64,000 bases of DNA from Lingula anatina (taxonomy: Eukaryota; Animalia; Brachiopoda): positions 1,860,001 through 1,924,000 of the forward strand of contig CM120646.1 of the NCBI GenBank assembly GCA_051362555.1. Direction: 5' to 3'. Below, in pieces: positions 27,084-40,657 of this stretch. The translations under genes and the position numbers were made by a program. Position 1 is the stretch's first letter, and each line of letters starts with the position of its first letter. The notes under the pieces are model-generated. The model did not search any database. It saw only the letters and a list, made by a program, of their open reading frames with translations, and had not been told where the DNA came from.

Positions 27084-29499
27084 TAGCGCCTATACTCTTA
27101 CCAAAAACATTTTTGTATAAATTAAATATTATTTTGTATACAAAGTATTTGTTTATTAAGTTTGGTATAAAAAGTGGCCATCTGTTGCTCTCTTTGTATT
27201 CAGGCATCAATTTCCTGCTTTACTTCTGCGAACTTCTTTTTCTTAGATTGGAGCTTTTTCTTTAGATGAGACAGACAGTTATTTAATGTAAATGTTGGGC
27301 TTTGTCGGTGCACGGGTCTAGGTGTGGCACTTGTAGCAATGCACCCTTGTCCAAAATTAGCAAAATTATATGCTAAATATCTCCCGAACCAAAAGTATTA
27401 TGGGAATACTTTCTGTAGATGTCCTTAGATTTGACCTTTGACCTTTATTTCAAGGTCAAACGGGCCAAAATTTTCTAAAAATGGAATTTTTTTGCCAAAA
27501 AATCATTTGTTCTGATTTTCAGAAACTACACATGTCTAGCCTATGATATTATCGGCAGGTGTTCCACTTAGGGTATTCTTTCATCTTTTTGAGTTTGGGG
27601 TCAATCAGTGCATTTTCTCGGGAGAAGCAGCCATTAGATGCTGAACCTGAAAACTCTAATTCTGCAACCGTAAATGCTAGAGACCTATTGATTTTTGCAT
27701 TTTATAGAGCTTGTCAAGCACAACACGTTTTCCCAACGGTTTACGAGTTGCACTGTGTCAAAGAGTACAACGATGCAACGTTCAGTGGTGAAAATAGAAT
27801 GTGAAATAACTCCAAAATTAATAGAAATACGCCCATAGTTACTATTGAACTTGAATAAGAAGTCATATATTAGCAATCTATTTGTGACCTTAAAATTGAT
27901 ATATATATATGTGATATGATACTATTTTCATTCTTTTTATTTCCTTTTAACTCTCCATATTTATTCTGATAATTATTCTATTATTCTAATTCATTCTTTT
28001 GGCAGTTCTTTTTCATTATTCAAATAATATTCATTAAATTGGACACACACACACACACACACATACACACACACACACAGCATCCCTACCTGCAGAGATT
28101 TATATTGGTAATTTTATTTTGTGGCCATTTTCTTGTCTCATTTATCTGATCGCAGACAACTGTCTTGCTGGAATGCTGATTTCACTGATACTCATCAAAT
28201 ATGTCTTTATCGTGTACATTTCAAAAGGCTTCGAGGATGTTTATTTCTCATCCCAGCATCCATCGCCAGAAAAAAATTCACACCGGAACAAATTATCATT
28301 TTGTCCATGAGATACATATATAATTGTACTTACTAAATGTGAGATGACAAAAAAGTTAAAAGCCGTCTTATAAAACATTGGCGCCCTGTTTTGTATTTGA
28401 TGAAAACGTTTGGAAGTTTTGATCCTTTGCTTCACAAAGCCGCATCAGACATAAGGGCATCTCTTGATGTCGACAGAGAGTGAGCAATCATTTACGCATT
28501 CATTAAAGTGCTTGCTACCTACATCTTCCGTCTATTATCTCATCGGCTTACCGAGACACAAATTTATAAAGCATTTTTGGGGTTTGTTTCTATAAAAATT
28601 CTGCAAATGCCAGATAAGCCGTTGTCATGTCCCCGAATAGCCTATGCAAAATGTATATACAATATATGTATATTTATCAATATATTTTTAACGAGGCTGT
28701 TAGGTAAAACTTGGTTCACTACGTTCATTAGTAACTTTTTAGATATGTCTAAAGCAATTGCAGCATCAGAACAGTCACAGTACATCAGTAATTATGCATT
28801 TGATCCGAAGTTATTGTGGCGAATCAGCTGAGGATCCAAAGCAGCATTATCCAACCGTGGCAGTCTAACAATTAATTTCCCTACAGCAGTCGCCATATGC
28901 AACTTTAATATTACCAAAACGGCCACCGTGGTTTAAGACCACTTTCGAAGCAAAGAGTTTTTTTGACTGAGGATCGCGGCTACTTTGGACACGAAGCAAA
29001 TGACGTACCATTATCGTTGTAGATTGTCCATTGTCAGCAGTTACACTATAAGTGAATTAATTAACCAAATATTGACCAAATACTGAGTTCATATCAGATT
29101 ACAACCGAAAGATTTGATTGCTTTTTACACTAAAAAGGATCCTACCTTTGTCAGCTTGAAAAGAAACTTGATGTGACAGTCTCATAAACCGATTATCAAG
29201 CACGGTTTCTAATTTCCAATAGTTTCCTAACTAAAAAAACAGAACTTTACGTGCATATATTTAAAAAAACTCACAAACTGAAAGACGCAAACTTTGCCAT
29301 CATTTTCATACAGCCACATCAAAGCTATTGCGCACAACAAACAATCAATAAAGAGCCCAAAGGCTGCCTTTCATGATGTAAAAGGACTGCTTAGTTTTCC
29401 ACCGATATCACGTTCACGTGATGGTGGAAACAGCTTCATTTTGCTACTACCAGCATTTTCAAATCTCTTTGAATTGTTTCTTTGGCAAGGGTTCTGTTA

Positions 29500-29597
29500 T
29501 GGATATAAGTGAATGCTTGTTACTCGCTTCCATCATTCTGTTCCTCGGAACACGTAGAGCAAAGACGAGACCATTGCAGTGCATTTGAGTGAACGTG
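29500..29597 (+). promoter_or_regulatory. Core promoter and non-coding exon 1 of peptide gene A
   Basis: TATAAG at ~29504, Inr-like TCATT about 28 nt later, and donor GT|GTAAGT. The same layout is conserved at 52846-52948 upstream of gene D. Confidence 0.6.
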
Positions 29598-29922
29598 TAA
29601 GTATCATTCCTCTTGCATTATAGCTTAAGCCTAGGTAACATTTGCCATCGTCCTTACGGTACATGTTTGCTGTCGGTGACACTCTTTCAGCACGATGACA
29701 GTGCTGAAGCAGGTGATCTCCATGCGAAATTGTGCTGATTCACGACCTCCGTGGCTTCTACGATTTTCAAGCTTAAACTTTTGACAAATTTTGAAAAACC
29801 TAAGCCCGAAGACTGTGGCAATATCGGTCGCAGATGGCATTGCAGAGTTTCCTTGCACCTGTCATATCAGCTTTTTAGTGCAGAATGATTTTAACCATTA
29901 CAGTTATATTTATAGAAACTTA

Positions 29923-30148
29923 CACCCCATTTCCATAGATTTTTAGATCGATCTATCCCTGTGGGGAGTCTCACTAGATTACTGTCATCTTGGCCTGCTT
30001 AAGCGTCTGTCCCGCCTACTAAAAGCTGTAAAGGGATAATTAACTATGGTGTCCGCTCGGCTGACTGCAATTTAGCGTGAACCCCCAGGGAGTTAGGTCG
30101 ATCTAAAACTTAATCTTTAGATCGATCTAAATCTCTGGGAAAGCACCC
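29923..30148 (+). mobile_element. ~225-bp MITE copy 3
   Basis: Near-identical to 5157-5380. Confidence 0.85.
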
Positions 30149-30948
30149 TAAGTTTGTATGTTTCAGATTACACGTGTCTGTCATTGTGGTCACCTCGCCA
30201 GTGGCCATAACCGTTCGACACATTTGTTCGCACTATACTAATAAGATTTTCTACTTATGATTTGCGAGGAGATGTATTATTTGGCACAACGGCTTGCTCA
30301 CTTCGAAAATCAGCATGTCCGGCTTATTTTTAACTGGTAGACTTATTTTTGTCTAATTTTCATAAGCGTATGTGGTGTTTTGCTATTCTGTGTCGTTAAA
30401 TATATTTATCCTAAAGGCTTTTATGTAAGCAGTTGTAACATATAAAAGTTGTATCAAAATTAAAAAAAGTTATTTTGTTTTCTGTTAAAGGTATTCTTTT
30501 TTTTTTTTTTTTTTTTTTTTTTGAACAATTTAGTCTTTTAATTGCTACCGTATACGTGCTATCCTTCTGATGGAGTCATTAGTTTGGTAATATGCTCATT
30601 ATGTCCGTTATATTTAAAACCAGAGGACAGGCCTCATTTCCATTCTGTTATTTTACTGATGTATTTCTTGTATAGAATATCTGTTCCTGATAAAATTGAA
30701 GCAGTTGTTTTTGCAACAGTTTCTTTGTTTAATGTGTCTATATTGGCCTTAAACGGCACCTACGTACGTATTAAGTTGCAATATAAATCTGTTATAAGTC
30801 CATGGTCCCTCATTGTGCCCAGTATTCGTAACCATGCGAGAGGTATGTCAAGTGTAAAAAACAAGTGCCCTGCAATTATCGCGACAATAAGCATGCAATG
30901 CTATCTTATAAATAATGCAGATTATATTTACCTTAAAAATTTCAGAAA

Positions 30949-33900
30949 ATGACTGGAACTCTAGCTGCCATATTGGTGGTAGCCTGTGTTATGGCTGCTA
31001 TCATACAGGAAGCCGAGGCAGCCTGTTGTCGTAAAGATAGAGGATGGTATTGCGCAGACTGCACGAAGGTGGGCATATAGTTTTTTGTTTGCTTTTTATT
31101 GTTACCACCGTTGAACTTATTGTGCGTTACTTCAGATAGTAATGTGGATGTAAGGTCTTGATGTACAGGACTGTACCTTAGGTTAAAAATTGACTAATGA
31201 TACACTGTCAGGCTACCAAATTGTTTCATGCCAAATATCACCTGTCTGTCCACATATTTTTTACATTTTGGTTCTATAGGCACATCTTTGCACCACGTTA
31301 CGGTTAATCGGTTCGTTTAAAAGAGTATTCAAAGGCCTGAAAGGCAAAGCCGTGGAAAGATTTACTTTGAAGCAGCCCGCAAACTGCAAAACGAGCAAGA
31401 TAATTCTTAACATATAAGCGTGGCTTGTACTACTGAACGAGGTGTAAAATTTGCCCCGTCCCTTACACACAGCGCAATAAAAAATCAATATGTTATACCT
31501 CTTGTGAAATTCTCGTTTTTTGTTTGACCAGTAGCAATTAATGTTTTATTATATATGTCACTCCTGTGCTTTACTTCAGTGCATATTTTAATAAAAGTGC
31601 ATATTTTAAAACAACATACCGTTAAAGCTTCAATGGCCCTGATTCATTTTACACTGTCAAAGGAAATTTCCAAGATAATTATTTAGTTTTTTTGCTTAGT
31701 GTGTATTGTTGATAATATCTATGCAAAGAGGCATCATTATGAATATTTATTATATTTAGCAGATGAGAGAATACTGTAAACGAAATGGCTGCACTTGAGA
31801 GTGTTTTTCCGAGTACTGGCGAATTTGTCAAAAGTAACCTCCATGGTCAAGATTCGTACCAAAGAGCAGATCAAGTATAACTGCAGTATTTTAAGATATC
31901 TTTGAGGCTATACCTTAGGTTCTAGATCTCGGTATTGCCAGCTCGATCTTGAAACCACGGCTAGTGCGTAGAACAAAATACTCGGCCGTGCTGTATTCGA
32001 TATACAAACACGTCATGTTCGAGTGCGTTCCACGGTCTGTTGCACTCCCGTCACTCACTAGTGTAGCAGCCTGCGGCTCGACAATACACTCGTAATATTT
32101 CACGTACAGCTCGGCCACTCCTATTCAGGCCTACCCAACTACCAGACTCGGCACCGTATGATCCTGAATTCACCGGTAGATCAGACCACACTACCCGTTT
32201 TCAAGGTGTGTGTCAGATCGCATTACACAGTATCATACCCTGAACAAATTTTGAGTGGTGATGCAATAATTTTCAACCCCGCTGAGGATCGTCACTATCA
32301 CATCGCGTACTAGGCAAGAGCGGTGTCGCGTCTGATACTGTGAAATGCGTACTGATACACACCTTGAAAACGGGTAGTGTGGTCCAATTTACCGGTGAAT
32401 TCTGGATCATTCGGTGCCGAGTCTGGTAGTTGGGTAGGCTTGCTATTGTATCTATCACATAACCCACATCAGCAATACGGCAATACTGCACTGTAAAATT
32501 GTGTTGATTTTGTGTTAATCAAAATTACAGAAATAATGTGAAAAAAGTAAGCTTTCCATCAGACACGGACTAAACAGGATTTAAGAGCCCCTCCACTTTC
32601 TCATCATCTCTCCTTAAACAGTACAGAACATTCTAATCCCAATACATGTCACGTGAGCCGCGTTCTCCAATCCAGAGGATGCTATGCAAAATACTTAACT
32701 TTGATTTTTTTAATGTTGTCATTTTCTCCATTAGTTGTTCAACAATTAAGTCTTTGTGAAAAAATTCCTTTAGAAGTAGAATGAAATCATTCGTTAATGA
32801 CTGTTTTTCTTTGTCATTTCACACTTTGAAGTATGGGGTGACACTTTTTTGGTAGGGATGTTTATATATTCAAAGCTATTTTAAACATTTATTTTTATGT
32901 TTATATGAAGATGGGATTGAAACTAATAAAAAGAAAATAGAAATTAAAAGAGACATAAATTTACCAAAGTGATCTTTTAAATAAGAAGCAGAGGTTTTTT
33001 AATTTCTCATTATGCCTTCAGAATTGTTGTTTTTCTTTCCGCCTTCGTTGAATTTACCCACTTTGTCATAGTAATGTATTGGGACTTCCTTGTTGTTTCA
33101 CGTTATTCAGCTACATGTAATAAGAGCATCATTTTACAACCTATCCTTTGTAATACGGATTCCAACTTGTTCGCATTAAGTACTCCTATACTTTACAGCC
33201 ATCACTTCACTGGTTTACAATATTTAACTAGAAAAGCTCTCAGAGAGCGCACACCTCCGCCAAGGCAGCAAAGTCTTCATCCAATGCCGTTTCACCCCTA
33301 ATTTTCGATATTTTATTATTGATTATTGATTGATTATTGATCTGGATCATCACCAAAAACTACTCATCTGTTCCTTGGCCCACTTCTGACAGTTCCTGAA
33401 AATTTCATCAAAATCGATCCATAACTTTTTGAGTTATGTTGATGACAGACAGGCAGAAAGACAAACAGAGGTGAAAACATAACCTCCTTGGCGGAGGTAA
33501 AAATATTGTACAAACAAAACTTAAGTCCAGGTTCTCCTTGAGGACACTGGCTTTGAGAGCATACATGAGCTTGCCAGTGTCATGGAGAACCGTAGGGTAG
33601 AAATCTATTTATGCTGTTGGTTAATTAATGAAGTTGACGGTCGACTGCGACCGATATGATTGATACTGACTGATTGAATATTGTAATTTTTCTTCCAGGC
33701 GACTCCATATTGCGGATATGGGAGTTGCAATATTTTTGGCTGCGCTTGCAAAGACGGTTGTCGCAAGAGCTGCAATCCCACATACCAGTATGAGTATGTA
33801 TTCAAGATATCAAAGTCCGTGTTATATTCTTCTCTTTCCTCGGTTGGTTTATTGTAGTACGGCCCCGTTTGAGAGTAAAACAAAAAGTAATACTTTCCGT

Positions 33901-34586
33901 GCCGACAACTGGCCGATCACTGAGCATTCATTCTGAAACGAAAGCGATGCTTGTGCTTCCTTTCCTCCACCACAGCGATGCCAGTTCATGGTCACACAAT
34001 AGACGCAGAAAGGACGCCGTCCAGTGTAAAGGGGGGTTTAATGAATTTTGAATTAATAAAAACAGCGATGGTAACAGCAACATATGGATGTCTAGAGGTA
34101 ATATAATCAAGATACGGTGCATGTAATGGACTAAATAATTTACGCAAATATTTAAATCCTTTCAGACGGTTTCTCCTTGATCCGGTCGGATGTAAGTGTT
34201 CGAAGAAACGCTCAATGTCGGATGGAGGCGGTGGCGTTATTGATCTTATGGACGCAGTCAGTGATTTTAATACAGACAAGTATGAAGTAGAAACTGTAAA
34301 TACATGTATATATAAGACACATTAGACACTTTGTTATTTATTTATTTATTTATTTATTTATTGTTGTTGTTGTTGTTGCTGTTGGCTATAACCACAGCAG
34401 AAGTACACATCAATATGCATGTGCGTGGTCATTAAAAAGTATTTTATTCATATTGTAAAAGATTTTGTTTCTGTTGTCATGGTTAATTTCATGAATATGA
34501 ACATGTTCTTATCCTGCGGTTTACGTTATTACCAAAATGAATATGTATATAAATTATTTTTCAGAGGTGATTACATGCATAATTGA
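30949..34586 (+). CDS. Mytimycin/Diedel-like 12-Cys secreted prepropeptide A (type I, 116 aa). Exons: 30949-31068, 33699-33793, 34166-34279, 34565-34586
   Basis: MTGTLAAILVVACVMAAIIQEAEA|ACCRKDRGWYCADCTKATPYCGYGSCNIFGCACKDGCRKSCNPTYQYERFLLDPVGCKCSK-KR-SMSDGGGGVIDLMDAVSDFNTDKGDYMHN*. GT-AG junctions with intron phases 0, 2, 2 shared with paralog D. Confidence 0.88.
32128..32440. mobile_element. MITE with ~80-bp terminal inverted repeats in a gene A intron
   Basis: GCCTACCCAACTACCAGACTCGGCACCG...CGGTGCCGAGTCTGGTAGTTGGGTAGGC. Confidence 0.8.
33226..33500. mobile_element. Helentron-associated (HINE/DINE-like) short element; longer relative at 54402-54813
   Basis: Subterminal inverted CCTCCGCCAAGG / CCTTGGCGGAGG, a core repeat and a (GACA)-type microsatellite. 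Confidence 0.65.
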
Positions 34587-37128
34587 TTTTGGAGAATTTG
34601 ACCTGGATCTGAAAAAAGCAATTGAATGACAGTAGTCACAGCATTTAGATGAAATCTGGCTATAGCTTGCTCGTACGACACATCTTATTATCAGCTTTAA
34701 ATAAAAAAAAATATGCAATTGGTTAATCTGCCATTGTCGCTAAATTTCGATTGTTGAATAACTGCTTTCTTCTCTTTTGCTCATTTCTGTAAAACTATTT
34801 CCTTATGGAATAAAGCGCTAGCTCAAATTTTGGAATGGGCTTTAGTATAGTGCAATTTAAAAAGGAATATGAAGATCGATCGGGTAAGTGATGTTAATGC
34901 CACTGTTTTGTGGGACAAAATGAGCATCTATACACTGCGACACCAGGCGCAGTCAAAGGGTATTTTGTTTGCATCCTGCATATTCGATTAACTTTAAGTA
35001 GTAAAAACAAACTACTAAATCTAGAGAACTGCATGAAAAAAAAAAACACCTACTTCCATAACAGAGACTGCCATTGTACAACTACTGGTGAATTAAAAAT
35101 CATTATTAAAGATTAAATTTCCTCAGTTGATAAGAACTAAATATAAATAAATTTCAATAAATGCAACGGTGAAATACATGCGGAAAGGCAACGGAAATAT
35201 ATCAAGAGAAAAACAGAAAAGAAATTGAAATGAAAATCTAGAAGAAACTTTGCCTACCTGAAAAAGACATATACAATATAGGTGAGACACACCCTGCCAC
35301 AAACATGGTTTATCTCGGGACTAAGAGAGCAAACAATGAAATAAATACGGAAAGTTTAAAGAAAATAAAAAGAGTGAAACAACTGAGTAAAAAACTATAA
35401 AGGAATAGAATTTTTCATCTAGAAGAAACTAAAATACGATGTATTATTTCAAGACAGCAGTGAGAAACCAGTCCCAGTACAAACGTGGCACACGTACAAC
35501 TCATCTCCGGGCCAGTTGATCGAGCGCACGAGAGAAAAAGAGATTTCGGAATCACATGAACGAAACACAGTTGCACGGCAAATACAGTCAAGATCTACAC
35601 ACCACTAACGCATTCAGTAATGCTTTCGAGTGAAAAGATTTCAGGCGAAGACAAGTCGAATAAGATAAGATGACAGTGACAACACACCACTAATGTATTA
35701 TGCTTCTATTTGCTACAGTAGTACTGACTACACACTTCTAAAATGATATTATTGCGACTGTTGAACTCTATTTTTGTTTGACATTTCTGCTGAGGCAATT
35801 TGCCAACGCAATCATAATCGTCAGTGAAAGCTATTTATTTCCTTTAAATCGTCTTCGACCCGTGAAACTGAAGCTTTCAAAACAGAGTCGTGATCTCTTT
35901 TCATATTACTTTCTTTAGTTTATAGATATAGTTCCTCAAGAAGTGACAGATCATTATCGTCCAATAAACCGAGGGTTTTGTGAAGTAATGTTTTAAAGTT
36001 AACTGTTAACCAGGTGCACGTGTTGGTAATGCATATGTCCTAATTATGTGGAGAATAAAAAAGATTTTTTTTTCAAATAATTACTGGCTGTCAGTTTTTA
36101 GAAAGCTTCTGTGACTTTTGTTTAGGATAACTTTGGCGCTTAATTATTATAGTGGTTGCAAAAACCCATTCAGTCATTCATACGTTTTTAAAAAACCATG
36201 CCGTTTTGCATCACGCTTTCTTTTATTTTGGCTTTTGGTAAATAAATATTCTGTCAAACGAACCGTTTTTCCATATTTCATGTCAGATCGATGATAACGA
36301 TTCTGCATTAGGCAAAAAAGGTTAAGGACTTTCACATCAAAGTTCTATTTTTTCAGTAGTCCGACTGACTATGGTACTAGCCCTGAATCATTTTGTGAGA
36401 TTAATTATACAAAATTCAAATCCGGACAAGATCTTTATTGCATACAGAAATGGTTTCACAGAATAAGGCAGAAGAGCGCGTAGAGAGAAGCTATGGGAAA
36501 TACAGACTCGTTACAATAAATTAGATCAAGGTTTTAAGGAAAATCTGAATATAATGCAAAATAATGAGGATTGTACGCATCTGGTTTTCAGCAATTCCAG
36601 ACCAATTTAATCATCCGTATCCATGCCCGCATCACGTCTTACTTTGGAGATTGCTCTAGTGTCTGAAACAGAGTTGATTTATGAAATGAACATGAATGCC
36701 TGGGTATCGTAGACGAACATTTACCTAGATATTTTATGAATTTAATTTGCAATGGTTTACAATCATGGCCCTGAGGAAGATAAACTTGAATTAACCTGAA
36801 TTGCGGTTTAGCATAATTTGATTATAATTAAATTGGACGGAAGCTAAAAAGACGTACAAGCATAATGTTAGGAGATAACAATTAAGACCGATCATGTTTT
36901 TTTTTCTTGAGCAATGCGAAAATTGCCAATGTCCCATAAATAGCGTTTTCCTTTTTTTTCAATTTTCTATGAAGCTGATAACAGCTGCAAGTTTCATTCA
37001 GGGAATATAACAAATAAGATGTAATATGAAATACAAATTTTAGAAGTAGAAATGCAAAATTCAGTATGTCAAAAATGAGACACGCTTTATTCTTACATTC
37101 CCTCCTTACCTGTATCCAGATCTTTGCA

Positions 37129-38636
37129 TCATATCTCTGGATCAGTACCGGCGTCTTCAGCGTCCCACACTGACCGTTTGTTTGTACACGTGCACTTGGT
37201 TGGTACCCCTACCCCCGTGAGGAGAAAAGGTCTGAAATATGCAAATTTATGTGTGTAAGTTATCATTCCAGGGTTTTATTTGAGTCGGCGACAACAATGT
37301 CGAGTGAAGTCAGGGCTTCGTATCTCGAAATGTTCGCTATGTTGCGAACGTGCGCAAGTGTCTCGATTCCATAACCGATTCTATTTCGAGATACGGGCCA
37401 TGGAATCGAGACGCTTGCGCACGTGCGCAACATAGCGAACCTTTCGAGATACGGAGCCCAGGAAAACAAAACAAAATTCGCGTACAATTTACTATTATAT
37501 GTGGGGCGCAGGTTTGGATAAATAATTTGTCTCAATCTTTGTTGTTTTGGAGAAAGAAAAGGAAGTAAGAATCTATTGAAGTGCGGGGTCTTGCTGGGCT
37601 CCCCCCGTTGTCAATCAACGCTTATATCAATTGAGTTATGCTCAAAATGTTAAAACATTGAAATGCAAGAGCAAAATCAATGTTAACGTGAAAGTTGGAT
37701 TGTCGATTGAAAAGAATAGTGATGGAAGAGAGCAGCATGAAATTTGGAAAACAGCATAAAACAGCATAAGTCCATAGAATACGTACATAAAATTACTTAA
37801 TTGTCTGCCGCAGTCACGTCGACACCCTCCAGCACAGGCACAGCCGAAAATGTTACATCCGCCGTATCCGCAATATGGAGTTCCCTAAAGACAAAAGTAA
37901 CACATCTATTTACATAAACATGTTAAACTAAACAGCGCAAAATGAAGTCCATTCGTTTTATTTCTCATGTAGAGAGCAATCAAAAATCGATGTTTTTGCA
38001 AGTAAAGGCCTTTTTATTAATTAATTAATTTATTTTTTGGCCACGTCAGTAACGTAGCGTTGTACTTTAGCCTTGTGTATGTTGACAAGGAGCTGAATAT
38101 GTTACAAAGTTGAGTTTCACATTCTGTCAGAAAAAAAATGCAAAAGTTTACTTAAAAATTTAATGTAAATTTAATTTCTGAAAAGTTTATGGTTTAATTG
38201 CCTATTAGTATGACACGTTATGCTCGATAAGAAGTATTGTTACGTCTGGTTTGAAAACGCACACTGTTACTGTTGCCGACAGTGTCGTCGGCAATTTTTG
38301 TTTCATTTGTTTGTGTTGTTTGTGTTGTTTGTGTTGTTGTTTTTGTATATGCAACAGTTACTTTCTTTAGAGTGAAAATATACACCAGGTCGCTTCTACA
38401 CATGTAAAAGGCCTATTCATTCACAACAGATAGTGTAACCTGTATTATTAATCAATAATTTTCATTCAAATGATAAAAAAACTAAGTAATACATAAAGTC
38501 AGACTAAATTACCCACCTCGGTGCAGTCTGCGCAGAACGTATGGACCACTTTTCTACAACAAACAGATTCAGTTTCTTCAATCAGAGTGGATGTTAAAAA
38601 CATTCCCAATAGAAAGCCAGCCAAAGCTCCTACCAT
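37129..38636 (-). CDS. Mytimycin/Diedel-like 12-Cys prepropeptide B (type II, 106 aa). Exons: 38636-38517, 37884-37787, 37231-37129
   Basis: MVGALAGFLLGMFLTSTLIEETES|VCCRKVVHTFCADCTEGTPYCGYGGCNIFGCACAGGCRRDCGRQLSNFIPFLLTGVGVPTKCTCTN-KR-SVWDAEDAGTDPEI*. Confidence 0.88.
37314..37458. mobile_element. Palindromic MITE copy 2 with CAG duplication, in a gene B intron
   Basis: Paralog C has the empty site aaagtCAGgaaaac at ~46281-46294. Confidence 0.9.
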
Positions 38637-38807
38637 CTTCTGAAATTTAAAACGAAAAATAATGTCATAGTCAGAGCTTTAGAGCACAGATTATGGTATG
38701 ATCACTACGGTAATCTTAAAAAAAAATTTGGACATAAACTTTGAGTAGACAAAGGAACTCGAGAAGTGGTGCATGGCGACAACGTGCTTTGACCTGTCAA
38801 GCAGCAA

Positions 38808-40657
38808 AGGATGAGTGCGAATAAGGGGGTAAAAGTGCCCACCTTTGTACATGAAAAATAAATCGTGAATAAATGGGAAAAAATGATGCCAAATTGTAGT
38901 TTGGGTCTTATACTTATATGATCCAATTAAAAAAATTTTTTTGGAATTTTGAAACTAAAAAATTAAGGTCAAAATGACCTTGTCATATCTTCATGAAAAT
39001 GTGTTTTAGGGGGGTTCTGAAGAACAATGCTACATATCTATAGTAATAGTAAGGTGACAACTGTGAAATTTTGCAATTGGGTACAGAAGGTGCCCATGTA
39101 AAAAAGAAAGACAATAAGTGGCCAATCATTGTTTGTGATCAATATTTTGATTGCTTTATTCTTACATGTAGTGCTGATTGAAAGGAGAATCTCACAGTGA
39201 CTTGAGGATAAAAGATGTTCATTTTTTATATGAGCCCCTGCCTCACACAAGCTAATTTTTCACGGTTGAAAAGACATGAATATAAGGTGAGACATATGTG
39301 AAAATCAGCTTGTCTGAGGGTTGGGCTTGATATGTACTCAAACTAAATAGGGACATTTTCAGTCCATCTGCTAGCAGTTGGCCATGTTTATTCCTGCCAT
39401 GATTTAGCTGCTATATGCTTACATAGGATGTACATGTAATGCATGCTATATAAAAAAAGGAAAATGTGGATAGGAAATAGAGTCCAAATACAGTAAGTAT
39501 ATCTTATTTCCATTCTTATTTCTTAGGATTAAGAAAGATTAAATGGAAAATGTGGTTCAGACATTCAAAGTGATATTAATTATCATAATAGCAGATGTGC
39601 AAATGGTGGCTCCTACTTTATATAGAGACCCATGCTGTAATAGACCTCTGCACATAAGGGTGGCTTGACCCAACCCTCTGTAATGGGCATGAAAGTACAT
39701 TTTGTACAACCAAAATTGTTGTGTAAATATCCCCTTTTACGTCTATTTTGCATAAAAAGTCAAATAAAAGGCTCCATCACACACACCCTAGTTTTGTTAC
39801 TTATGACCTAATTTTCTACACCAGCACTATTCATAATCTAGCCACCAGTACACATTATGGATTCAGACCTTCCATAGAAAAACTAGACCTATCAGTGGCT
39901 GGTACTTGCAGTGTATTTTCATTCAGTTTTTACTTTCATCTTATCGTTATTTTGGTACTCTTTATACCTTGTTTATTTTATGGTTAATGGAAACATTCCA
40001 AATAGCTGTTTAGAGTGCTTTTACACATGATTTTTTGTTGTTACTATAACAGCCTTTTTCTTTTAGCATTTTTTACTATTCCTTAGAGCCTTGTACAAAA
40101 TGTGTATTGGTTAACAATGCAATTATTTAGACCAACAAATGCTGGTCTGTGAGAAAAGGTATATAAAATTAATAAATACACTGAAACAAGTTTTCCTAGT
40201 TACAAGACTTTTATACAATAAAGTGAAATCAGTGATGGCTTCTGTGAGAAAATACCTTAATACACCACCACCCCTCCCTCTCTTCTCTAGGATTAAAAAA
40301 AAACATTTCTTTCATATTTGCTTGTGCCACACCACAAATGTTTAACATGGAACTCTTTTCTACACCACAAGACAAGTTTCATTAGAAAAAAATCATTTAT
40401 GTAATATATATGCTGAAACAAGTTGCTCTGATTCATACTATATATATGATTCATACTCTGATAGACTGCATACAACAGGTAAATCCGGCTAATACCCCCC
40501 CCCCCCCACATATAACTCATTAAAAATACTAAGTTACGATGCCTCAAACCAAATAATATTTTTCCATGCAACAAATATATGCATAAACTTTATAATAGCA
40601 AATTATTTTAAAATTTTGACGATGGGCACTTTGCCAATGGTTATCAGCACTCACCCT
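38808..40657. mobile_element. 1.85-kb non-autonomous TIR element specific to the gene B 5'UTR intron
   Basis: Ends AGGATGAGTGCGAATAA / TTATCAGCACTCACCCT plus inverted AAAGTGCCCA. The flanks are contiguous in paralog E (~61245-61275). Confidence 0.7.

Larger units (their letters stand above)
21372..27278 (+). repeat. Tandem segmental duplicate of ~8150-18970 (transporter unit)
   Basis: Colinear similarity in upstream flank, introns, (CT)n(GT)n microsatellite and 3' flank. Confidence 0.9.

Noticed and set aside
33605-34279. ORF-track peptides overlapping gene A exons 2-3
   Set aside because: Wrong frame or strand; the spliced Cys-rich frame is the one conserved in all five paralogs.
34900-35900. 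Conserved spacer between convergent genes (also 57600-58610; ORF 58229-58612) as a possible extra gene
   Set aside because: The ORF is not preserved between the two copies and has no recognisable motif; the similarity is explained by segmental duplication.
37129-37131. TGA in gene B as a premature stop or selenocysteine codon
   Set aside because: Paralog E has TAA at the same codon, so this is the normal terminator.
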